From an uncultured Clostridia bacterium (GTDB lineage: Bacteria; Bacillota; Clostridia; Christensenellales; UBA1242), in assembly GCA_934772045.1 (NCBI GenBank), contig CAKVMH010000001.1:234066-298065 (forward strand): DNA of 64,000 nt, in the 5' to 3' direction. Positions 56,476-64,000 of this stretch are shown here, piece after piece (positions within the stretch are counted from its first letter, which is position 1; each line of letters begins with the position of its first letter). The notes beneath the pieces are model-generated. The model had not been told where the DNA came from. It made no database searches and saw only the letters and a list, made by a program, of their open reading frames with translations. Both the position numbers and the translations under genes were made by a program.

Positions 56476-57570
56476 TTAAACATTAAATTTAAACACGATT
56501 ATGTCGCCGTCTTGCACAACATAATCTTTGCCAGCACTTATAATCTTACCTTTTTCACGGCAGAGGTTATAATCGCCCAACGTTATCAAGTCGTCGTATT
56601 TAACAACGTCTGCACGGATAAACCCACGCTCAAAATCGGTGTGGATTTTTCCTGCTGCTTGTGGGGCAAGTGTGCCACGGTGGATTGTCCAAGCGCGCAC
56701 TTCTTTTTCGCCTGCGGTGATGAAACTTATAAGCCCAAGCAAATGATAACTTGCAACAATCAATTTTTCAAGCCCAGAACTTTCAATGCCCAGTTCTTGC
56801 TTAAACATTTCGCGGTCTTTTTGTGGCATGTTTATCAGTTCTTCTTCTGTCCTTGCGCAAAGCGAAATAACTTCTGCCTGTTCAGCCAAAGCAATTTGTT
56901 TTATTTTTTCAATATTTTCGCGTTGGAAATCGTCCAATTCGTCGCTTGTGTTTGCCACATAAATGATAGGCTTGCTTGTGATAAGGAAAAATCCGTCCAC
57001 AATTTTTTGCTCTTCCGCGTTAAGTTTAAGCATGCGCGCTGGTTTTTGATATTTAAGCAACTCCAAAATCTCATTAAGCAATTCAAATTCCTTAATTGTT
57101 TGCTGGTCGGCTTGCCCACCGTGAACAATTTTTTTAATGCGGTCAATGCGTTTTGTAACCGCGTCAATATCGCTTAAAATAAGTTCCAAATTAATGGTGT
57201 CAATATCGCGCACAGGGTCAATGCTTCCGTCCACATGTATAATTTTATCGTTTTTAAACACGCGCACCACATGCACAATTGCGTCAACTTCGCGGATATG
57301 GCTCAAAAACTTATTGCCAAGCCCAGCACCTTCGCTTGCGCCTTTAACCAAACCTGCAATGTCCACAAATTCAATTTGCGCTGGAATAATTTTATTTGTG
57401 TGGTACATTTCAGCCAATTTATTCAACCTTTCGTCCGCCACATCGACAACGCCCACATTTGGCTCGATCGTACAAAAAGGGTAATTTGCACTTTCTGCAC
57501 CGGCCTTAGTAATTGCATTAAATAATGTGCTTTTGCCAACATTTGGCAGACCAACAACGCCTAATTTCAT
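56476..57570 (-). CDS. ychF: Ribosome-binding ATPase YchF
   Basis: MKLGVVGLPNVGKSTLFNA; 364 aa; GGAGA SD before the ATG at 57570. Confidence 0.9.
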   Translation of the reverse strand: MKLGVVGLPNVGKSTLFNAITKAGAESANYPFCTIEPNVGVVDVADERLNKLAEMYHTNKIIPAQIEFVDIAGLVKGASEGAGLGNKFLSHIREVDAIVHVVRVFKNDKIIHVDGSIDPVRDIDTINLELILSDIDAVTKRIDRIKKIVHGGQADQQTIKEFELLNEILELLKYQKPARMLKLNAEEQKIVDGFFLITSKPIIYVANTSDELDDFQRENIEKIKQIALAEQAEVISLCARTEEELINMPQKDREMFKQELGIESSGLEKLIVASYHLLGLISFITAGEKEVRAWTIHRGTLAPQAAGKIHTDFERGFIRADVVKYDDLITLGDYNLCREKGKIISAGKDYVVQDGDIIVFKFNV

Positions 57571-57642
57571 TTTATTTTCTCTCCAACTCTTAAGTAATAT
57601 TTGATATTTCCTAATAATACAATAATCTAAGGAAAATTTCAA

Positions 57643-58392
57643 GTGAAAAATATCTTAAAATACACATTAATTGGCTTTATCCAAGGCATAACCGAATTTT
57701 TGCCGGTTTCAAGCAGTGGGCACATTGTCTTGTTTGGCTCGCTTTTTGAATTGGACAACCTTTTGTTACTAAGTGTGGTTGCGCACATCGGCACACTGTT
57801 TGCGGTTATCTTTTGTTATCGAAAGCAAATTGTGGAACTAATAAAAAATCCATTTAACTCAACAAATTTATGCCTAATAATTGCAACTGTTCCAACTGTA
57901 GTAATGGTGCTAATTTTCAACAATTTTTTGGAAGCAAATTTTTCAATCCATGTTCTGGTTTGGGGGTTTTTATTGTCGGCATTGTTGCTTGCTGTGGCAG
58001 ACTTCAAAAAGACCAACAACAAACCAATAAACAAACGCAACGCACTTTACATGGGCATTGCACAGGGGCTTGCCTTGTTACCGGGAATTTCGCGCAGTGG
58101 GGCAACGCTAACATGCGGTTTGTTGGTTGGCGTTGAAAAGCAAAAGGCGTTAGACTTTTCCTTTTTGATGAGTATACCAGTCATCATTGCAAGTGCGGTT
58201 TATGAAAGTTTTAAACTTTTCAGTTGCCAACTTACAATCAATTGGCTGGGCATTATAATTGTCATGATAACTTCATTTGTTTTCGGCATTTTATCAATAA
58301 AAATCATGTTGAAATTAGTCAATAAAAATAAGTTAATTTACTTCAGTTTCTATTTAATACTGCTAAGTTTATTAATTTTGTTTTTGGTTTAA
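57643..58392 (+). CDS. uppP: Undecaprenyl-diphosphate phosphatase
   Basis: EFLPVSSSGH and PGISRSG motifs; GTG start. Confidence 0.9.
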   Translation: MKNILKYTLIGFIQGITEFLPVSSSGHIVLFGSLFELDNLLLLSVVAHIGTLFAVIFCYRKQIVELIKNPFNSTNLCLIIATVPTVVMVLIFNNFLEANFSIHVLVWGFLLSALLLAVADFKKTNNKPINKRNALYMGIAQGLALLPGISRSGATLTCGLLVGVEKQKALDFSFLMSIPVIIASAVYESFKLFSCQLTINWLGIIIVMITSFVFGILSIKIMLKLVNKNKLIYFSFYLILLSLLILFLV

Positions 58393-58513
58393 AACTGCCG
58401 TTTAATGGGTTAAAATAAAGTAAAAAAGCATAAAACTATCGACAAAATTCGACAAAATACGATATTTCTTCGTAAATCATTGCAGTTGTGGGGCTTTGCC
58501 TTAAAATGATTTT

Positions 58514-58720
58514 ATGAATATAGGTAAAGTTATTAGGGATTTAAGGAAGGAACATAAGATAACGCAATCGCAACTTGCAATGGCAATCAATTCAACACAA
58601 GACACCATTTCCCTTTGGGAACTTAATAAAAGTTGCCCAGATGCGTTTTATATTGTCAAACTTGCCAAATATTTTAGTGTCAGTGCGGATTATTTACTTG
58701 GCTTGCAAGATGTCATGTAA
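58514..58720 (+). CDS. XRE-family HTH regulator (68 aa)
   Basis: ITQSQLAMAINSTQDTISLWE HTH core. Confidence 0.7.
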   Translation: MNIGKVIRDLRKEHKITQSQLAMAINSTQDTISLWELNKSCPDAFYIVKLAKYFSVSADYLLGLQDVM

Positions 58721-58844
58721 ATTGGAGCAGTTAATTTAAACTTAAAATTACTTATTCATTTGCTATGCCATGTTAAATGGCGTTTTCAGTGTGTTTTTTG
58801 CTTGCGCACACTTTTTGTTGATTTTTCTGTCTAACCACAAAATA

Positions 58845-58873
58845 TTGACATTATGTAATGTTTGTGATAATAT
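58845..58873 (+). promoter_or_regulatory. Promoter of the large non-coding locus
   Basis: TTGACA (58845-58850), 17-nt spacer, extended -10 TGATAATAT. Confidence 0.6.
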
Positions 58874-58879
58874 AATAAC

Positions 58880-59527
58880 ATAACGAAGGCGCAGTATTCT
58901 AGTCGTCTAGGTTAAGTGAGGATGCTGAAACAAGCATAATTGGCACAACTATGAAGTTTCTGGTGCTGGCTTTGATTGCCCAAATTGGGGCTGGTGCTGG
59001 GAGTTAAGGTTTTTGGGTGGTGTGTAACGGCATACACATTTAAGCCCAACTATCGCGGAGACCCAAGTGGGTAGGTTGAGTGTTATTAGCTGCTTATCTA
59101 TCGCTTGGATTGGGAACCTGCATACGGCGAAAGTTGTGTGCAGTGTAGCCTGCTTTGAGTGGTTAAACTGGGATTGAGCGACAACTTAAATTTATTGCAA
59201 AGTACACGCATACTTTTAGGTTGCTTTTGAAATTTTAACCGCAAAATAAAGCTAAATTTAACTGATGACGTTAAGGAAAACTTCTAGGCTGTTCGTATGA
59301 GGTGCTTTGGGGATTATAGTGTGGTCTCAGTGGCGATTCGGTGCAAGTTTTGCATAAAGGGAAACCGCTTTGTTGGTAACGGCAAAGTGCAAGATTGGGA
59401 AATCCAACCGAACCTTATGCCGCAAGGTTTACTCAAGGTATTGCCTTCGTAATTTGGAAACAACACTTTTAAGTGTGTAAATAAACATAAAAAGAAAAAA
59501 GCAGGTAAGTTTTCACCTGTTTTTTTC
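58880..59527 (+). ncRNA. Candidate large structured RNA (~650 nt), class unassigned (size range of ROOL/OLE-type RNAs)
   Basis: About 1 kb with no credible ORF, visibly G+C-richer than its flanks, bounded by a consensus promoter and the terminator CAGGT-aagttttc-ACCTG plus T8. Many local hairpins, e.g. an 11-bp GAAA-capped stem at 59118-59143 and AACCTT-atgccgc-AAGGTT at 59411-59429. Possible closing helix ACGAAGGC (58883-58890) with GCCTTCGT (59443-59450). Confidence 0.6.
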
Positions 59528-59744
59528 GTTGTGAACACAACAAACCATATTTTTAAATGGGAACAAAATAAATTGGTTTATTATGAGTTTTCTTTTGGCA
59601 AAAATAAACCAATTTGCTTCGCTTTTGCTCGCAAATATGGTTTGTTGTTAATCACAAAAAAAAGTGGCTTAAATGCCACTTTTAAATTCTTAAACTGGAA
59701 TAATGTAACCTATTTTATTATGAAAATTGAATTAACTTAACAAA

Positions 59745-60170
59745 TTAGTCCCTTCTTCTGTTAGGAATTGAAAGCACCAACAACAATGAAACTACGCCGA
59801 CGCCAATAGCAACGTATTCACCAACTTTGTTTGAGAATTGAACAGAAACGTCTGCAGACCCGCCCAAGGCCATAGAAAATTTAACATTGTACATGTTTGA
59901 AATAATCATGTAGTTTTTATCTTCTAAATTGCCAAAATCTTTGGTGTCGTTTAAATAAATTTTATTGCCTTTCAATTTATAAAAACCGGTGTTTTCGCCT
60001 AATTTGTAACTGCCGTCCCATTTAAATTGCAATTCAACAGTTTCAGTTTTGTCGCCAACTTTGTAATTATATTTATAAGTACCAAATGGCAAGATAAACA
60101 TAGGGTAGCCATAACATAAAACAACAAATGCAATTGCAAGTGTTAAAAATATTTTCCTAAAAAAGTGCAT
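59745..60170 (-). CDS. Hypothetical protein with N- and C-terminal TM segments (141 aa)
   Basis: AAAGGAGAAGGG SD; hydrophobic termini. Confidence 0.55.
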   Translation of the reverse strand: MHFFRKIFLTLAIAFVVLCYGYPMFILPFGTYKYNYKVGDKTETVELQFKWDGSYKLGENTGFYKLKGNKIYLNDTKDFGNLEDKNYMIISNMYNVKFSMALGGSADVSVQFSNKVGEYVAIGVGVVSLLLVLSIPNRRRD

Positions 60171-60364
60171 AAACCCTTCTCCTTTATTTTTAGTATAGTG
60201 AAAAATTTAACGAAAGTCAACAAACTGTGTCAGTTTTTGTATTTTAATTTCGCATTGTAATTTTGCTTATCGTGCACATTAAAAAATGCTTGACCAACGG
60301 CTAAACTTTATTTAAACTTAAAATATACATATTCATGTAAAATGAAAATTATTCAGGGGGAAGA

Positions 60365-62131
60365 ATGAAAAAACGCGCAGACATTGATGAAAAATATAAA
60401 TGGGATATAGGGTTATTTAAAACACAAAAAGAAATTGAAAATGTGTTCACCACAATGCAATTTTTAACCGATGAAATGCCAAAATTTTATGGCAAATTTA
60501 ACGATAAGGATAAGTTTTTTGAATACCTTACCACATATGAAAAACAGGAGCAATTAATACAACAATTTTGTTTTTATTTGTCCAACACTTATGCGACAGA
60601 CAACTCAAATGTGGAAATCCTTAAACTTATGCAACGCTATGAAATCATGGCGCAAAAGTTGGGCAAAGCAACCGCCTTTGTTTCACCACAAATGGCGCGT
60701 TTAAGTGAAAAATATTTGCGCGAATTGCTTAGCGATAAGCGTGCAAAAGGTCATGAAAATTTTATTCTTGACATCATTCGCAACAAGCCACACACATTAG
60801 ATGAAAAATCGGCAGATTTAATTGCAAAAATTTCAAACAGTTTCAACAACAGTTCATCAGTTTTTGACATTATAACCGACAGTGAAATGGAATTTAATTT
60901 AGCATTGGACAGCAAAAATAAACCACATAAACTTGACAATGCAACCTATCACACTTTGCTCACAAGCAAGGACAGGGTTTTAAGAAAAAATGCTTTTAAA
61001 AATTTCTTATCACAATATGGAAAGTTGAATAAAACCTTTGCTGAACTTTATGTAAGCGACATGAAATCAGATAACGACAATACAAAATTGCATAATTTCA
61101 GTTCACTTTTAACCGCGCAACTTTTCGACGAACAAGTGCCAGAAATTGTGTTTGAAAACAACATAAAATATGTTAACAAACACATTGATTTAAACAAAAA
61201 ATACATTCGCGCACTTGCCAAAAATCAATGGCTGAAAGACATTGCTTACTACGACCTTTTTATGGACGAAAAAGTAAATGGAAAAGTAACAATTGAACAA
61301 GCAAAGCAGACAATTTTAAATGCGCTTGCACCACTTGGGCAAGACTATTTGTCACGCGTGAACAAAAAATTGACAGATAAATCTATCGATTACATGCCAA
61401 ACCAAAACAAAACAACAGGGGGATACTGTTCAAATTGCTACGGTGCAAAAACTTTAATTTTGATGAACTGGCAAGACGATTTCAACAGTATGTCCACATT
61501 AATACACGAAATGGGGCATTGCATTAATGCTGAATATTTCAACGAGTTTCAACCAATGGACGACGCATCAATCAGCATTTTCAGTGCGGAAATTGCAAGC
61601 ACAGTAAATGAAATTTTATTAAATCAATACATGCAAAAAACGGCAGACAAAAGGCATAAAAAATATTATTTAAACGAATTTTTAAATTCGGTTAGAAGCA
61701 CAATTTTTAGGCAAACTTTGTTTAGCGAGTTTGAATTGTATGCCCACACAAGCATAGAAAATGAAACACCAATCACATACAAAGAATTGAATGAAAAATA
61801 CTTTGAATTGAACAAAAAATATTATGGTGGGGCATGTGCTCTTCCAAAGGAATTGCAATTTGAATGGTCACGCATTCCACACTTTTACCGCCCATATTAT
61901 GTCTATTCATACTCAACCGGCATGTTAACAGGCATTACCATTGCAGTCAAACTTTTAAACGAGCCTAACTTTGCAAACCATTACATTGAATTTTTAAAGA
62001 ATGGTACACACCGCCCAGCAATTGAAGTGCTAAAAGAAATCGGCATTGATTTAACAACAGCAGAGCCATTTGAATACGCCTTTAAGTTTATCAAAAATCA
62101 ATTAGATGAATACATTTCACTTAAAAAGTAA
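60365..62131 (+). CDS. pepF: Oligoendopeptidase F (M3B)
   Basis: HEMGH zinc motif; 588 aa; GGGGGAAG SD. Confidence 0.85.
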   Translation: MKKRADIDEKYKWDIGLFKTQKEIENVFTTMQFLTDEMPKFYGKFNDKDKFFEYLTTYEKQEQLIQQFCFYLSNTYATDNSNVEILKLMQRYEIMAQKLGKATAFVSPQMARLSEKYLRELLSDKRAKGHENFILDIIRNKPHTLDEKSADLIAKISNSFNNSSSVFDIITDSEMEFNLALDSKNKPHKLDNATYHTLLTSKDRVLRKNAFKNFLSQYGKLNKTFAELYVSDMKSDNDNTKLHNFSSLLTAQLFDEQVPEIVFENNIKYVNKHIDLNKKYIRALAKNQWLKDIAYYDLFMDEKVNGKVTIEQAKQTILNALAPLGQDYLSRVNKKLTDKSIDYMPNQNKTTGGYCSNCYGAKTLILMNWQDDFNSMSTLIHEMGHCINAEYFNEFQPMDDASISIFSAEIASTVNEILLNQYMQKTADKRHKKYYLNEFLNSVRSTIFRQTLFSEFELYAHTSIENETPITYKELNEKYFELNKKYYGGACALPKELQFEWSRIPHFYRPYYVYSYSTGMLTGITIAVKLLNEPNFANHYIEFLKNGTHRPAIEVLKEIGIDLTTAEPFEYAFKFIKNQLDEYISLKK

Positions 62132-62188
62132 AATATTTAAAAAAGAATTGCAAAAACTAAGTTGATTTGTTATAATTTAGGAGTGAAC

Positions 62189-62554
62189 ATGCTGGATAAA
62201 AAATCATTTTCAGTTTTAAAAGCATTGAATAAGTTGACTGATGGTACCGCATATAAAGTGGCAACCAGTGAAGAAATTATTGCATTGCTTAGCCAAAAAA
62301 GCCAGTACGATAACGACAGCATAAGGCAAATTATGGATTTTTTGGAAAAACAAGAGTATTTGATTATCAAATTTAGTGAAGAAAACACATATTGTTATTC
62401 ACTTCTTCCCAAAGCACGCATTGTGTTGGAACAGGACACGGGCAAACCAAAAGCAAAAAAGAATATAAATTCGTTTTTACATTATGCTTATGTCGCACTG
62501 GCTTCATTCGTTGGGTGCTTGCTTGCGTTGGTTGTTTTCTTTTATGTTTTTTAG
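62189..62554 (+). CDS. Membrane-anchored winged-helix-like protein (121 aa), paralog 1
   Basis: GGAG SD before the ATG at 62189; N-terminal wHTH-like ~80 aa, basic linker, single C-terminal TM. Confidence 0.55.
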   Translation: MLDKKSFSVLKALNKLTDGTAYKVATSEEIIALLSQKSQYDNDSIRQIMDFLEKQEYLIIKFSEENTYCYSLLPKARIVLEQDTGKPKAKKNINSFLHYAYVALASFVGCLLALVVFFYVF

Positions 62555-62637
62555 TCGTTTTGCAAACATCAAACTCTAATTATAAAAATCACAATTTTCA
62601 AATAAAATTTAAAAACACAAATTATTAGTCAAAAATT

Positions 62638-63003
62638 ATGTTAACTTTTAAAGAAAAATACGTAATGGAATATGTCTATCAGAAATGTCAAGGCAAAAAG
62701 TCTTGTCTTATTTCTCCGCGCGAAATTATTTCATTTGTTGCGGACAAATATGTCATTTCTACTGACGAACTTGAAAAGATTATGACAAATTTAAGTTACG
62801 ATAACTACATCGAACTTTTTAAAAGTGACAAAAAAGGTAGCCCAGTTTTTTGTGTTTCGCTTAAAATTAAAGGTGAAGGTTTTCATCGTGAACTTACCAA
62901 CAACAAGCGCAACTTGTGGTATCAAATTGCCACAAAGGTTGGTTTGGCATTGCTTGTAGGCATAATTGGTTTAATTTTCGCCATTATAAAAATCCGCTTT
63001 TAA
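62638..63003 (+). CDS. Membrane-anchored winged-helix-like protein (121 aa), paralog 2
   Basis: Same length and architecture as 62189-62554. Confidence 0.55.
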   Translation: MLTFKEKYVMEYVYQKCQGKKSCLISPREIISFVADKYVISTDELEKIMTNLSYDNYIELFKSDKKGSPVFCVSLKIKGEGFHRELTNNKRNLWYQIATKVGLALLVGIIGLIFAIIKIRF

Positions 63004-63059
63004 TAAAAGTGCGCGGTCGTATTTAATATTTCAATCCATGAGTGTAAGTACAAGTTTGT

Positions 63060-63545
63060 ATTAATTGGTCACTCTGAGTGTTGGCAATTACACTCTATAT
63101 GATATGTACACCATGAACGTTAGTGAATATGTCGTACTAAGTGTGTCGCCCTGTTAAGTTTGTCACCCTTTTATGTATGTCACCCTGAGCGCACGCGAAG
63201 GGTCTTGCACGAAGCGCTTTTTACGATCAATATATCAAAAGCAAAACAAGTTTTGCAAGATTCTTCGCTTCGCTAGAATCTGAAGATTTTTTCGAAATCA
63301 TTCAGGTTCTTCGCTATGCTAGAATGACAGATAACTGAAAATATACATAAACATAAATAACATTATTTTTTTAAAATCATTCAGGTTCTTCGCTACGCTC
63401 AGAATGACACGTGTATTCAATCTTATGTCATTCTGTTAAGTATGTACTATGTAAGTATGTCACCCTGAGTGGAACGAAGGGTCTTGCGCGAAGCGTTTTT
63501 TACCATTAATGTTTTAATCAACGCTACGCTCAGAATGACAGATGT
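63060..63545. repeat. Cluster of at least 8 REP-like units (GTCAYYCTGAG / GAAGGGTCTTGCRCGAAGCG / CATTCAGGTTCTTCGCTAYGCT(C)AGAATGACA)
   Basis: Units at about 63069, 63131, 63146, 63162, 63179-63218, 63255-63285, 63297-63330, 63376-63409, 63427, 63459-63497 and 63520-63541, in both orientations. Confidence 0.75.
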
Positions 63546-63599
63546 ATTATCACCAGTTTATCTGGTGTTTTTTATTTTAAAAAGCAAAGAGTGGTTTGC

Positions 63600-63700
63600 A
63601 TGTTTTTATTGTTATAAGGAAAATTCTGCATACTTATGTTTTTATTATTATAAGAAAAATGCTACATATGCATGTTTTTATTTTGACAAGAAAAAAGTTG
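63600..63700. repeat. Three tandem ~36-bp AT-rich repeats
   Basis: ATGTTTTTATTGTTATAAGGAAAATTCTGCATA / ATGTTTTTATTATTATAAGAAAAATGCTACATA / ATGTTTTTATTTTGACAAGAAAAAAGTTGC. Confidence 0.6.
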
Positions 63701-63807
63701 CTTTTACAAGTTTATTATGTAATAATAAAAATACTAATTAAATTTTTAGTTATACTAAATGTAATAAGCATTTGTTGGCTTGCAACAAGTGCAATAGGGG
63801 TAAACAT

Positions 63808-64000
63808 ATGAAAAAGAAAAAGTATTTACTTTTTGTTTTGAGCTTGATTTTTTTGTGCTCAGCAATTTTTGTTTTTAATCCATTTTCTTTCAAAAGCACA
63901 TCAGCTTCAACTGAAGATGGAAGTCTAAATGATTTTTTGCAGTTTGAACAGCAAATTAAGGATTTAAACAGTGAAGACGAACTCATGTTAAACAATAACG
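63808..64000 (+). CDS. Secreted or lipid-anchored protein, 5' partial (runs off the window)
   Basis: AGGGG SD; ATG at 63808; MKKKKYLLFVLSLIFLCSAIFVF signal-like N-terminus. The frame stays open to position 64000; this ORF is not in the ORF track. Confidence 0.6.
   Translation, partial: MKKKKYLLFVLSLIFLCSAIFVFNPFSFKSTSASTEDGSLNDFLQFEQQIKDLNSEDELMLNNN

Noticed and set aside
56512-57177. 221-aa antisense ORF inside ychF, together with similar long antisense ORFs: 12438-12830 in dnaA, 34731-35162 and 35356-35685 in alaS, 36268-36729 in the ABC gene, 38993-39487 in the carboxypeptidase gene, 23442-23891, 45435-45800 and others
   Set aside because: Each lies fully within a well-supported CDS on the opposite strand, has skewed low-complexity composition (Phe/Cys/Ser/Leu-rich) and has no SD. 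These are typical shadow ORFs of an AT-rich genome.
58880-59527. Assigning the large non-coding locus to RNase P RNA, tmRNA, SRP RNA, 6S RNA or an ORF-less group II intron
   Set aside because: I found none of the expected signatures: no GGAAAGTCC P4 motif, no tRNA-like tmRNA ends, no SRP GGAA/AGCA domain IV motif, and no 5' GUGYG or domain V with an AGC triad and 2-nt bulge (the GAAA hairpin at 59118-59143 is a plain 11-bp stem). The two ORFs in the track (59314-59538 minus strand, 59531-59740 plus strand) have no SD and implausible composition.
63469-63995. ORFs 63469-63741 (+), 63596-63811 (+) and 63750-63995 (-)
   Set aside because: The first two lie in the REP/tandem-repeat nest and have Phe/Tyr/Lys-rich repeat-derived sequence. 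The third is antisense to the better-supported signal-peptide CDS starting at 63808, which has an SD.

Overview
This window is an origin-proximal chromosomal segment of a low-GC, Gram-positive-type bacterium (Bacillota/Mollicutes-like), and it reads cleanly with the standard genetic code. The classic oriC neighbourhood is present but in a scrambled order: jag-yidC-yidD-rnpA-rpmH, then dnaN, a 1.17-kb DnaA-box/AT-rich spacer, dnaA on the opposite strand, recF, rsmG-mnmG-mnmE, and parB, three parS-like sites and parA. The rest is mostly housekeeping: lysS, fhs, tmk, a short alaS, rpsF-ssb-rpsR, prfB, tsaD, ychF, uppP, lepB and pepF. Envelope and glycosylation genes include a GtrB-like GT2 with a GT-C/GtrA fusion, an MGDG-synthase-like gene with a processive GT2, an amidase and a DD-carboxypeptidase. 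There is also a collagen-repeat protein and seven tRNA genes, all with encoded CCA. The unusual content is non-coding. (i) A dispersed ~110-120-nt two-hairpin element family is fused to tRNA genes and tRNA fragments, and inverted copies of the neighbouring tRNA's anticodon arm sit in two tRNA leaders. (ii) A ~650-nt ORF-free, visibly G+C-richer locus bounded by a promoter and a terminator looks like a large structured RNA of unassigned class. (iii) There are REP-like GTCAYYCTGAG repeats. (iv) Alternating purine-pyrimidine CG islands lie inside extremely AT-rich origin spacers. (v) Many genes have a consensus -10 box 5-7 nt upstream of the ATG and so appear leaderless. I saw no rRNA, CRISPR array, transposase, integrase or recognisable defence operon. 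All calls come from reading the sequence and the supplied translations; no database search was run.
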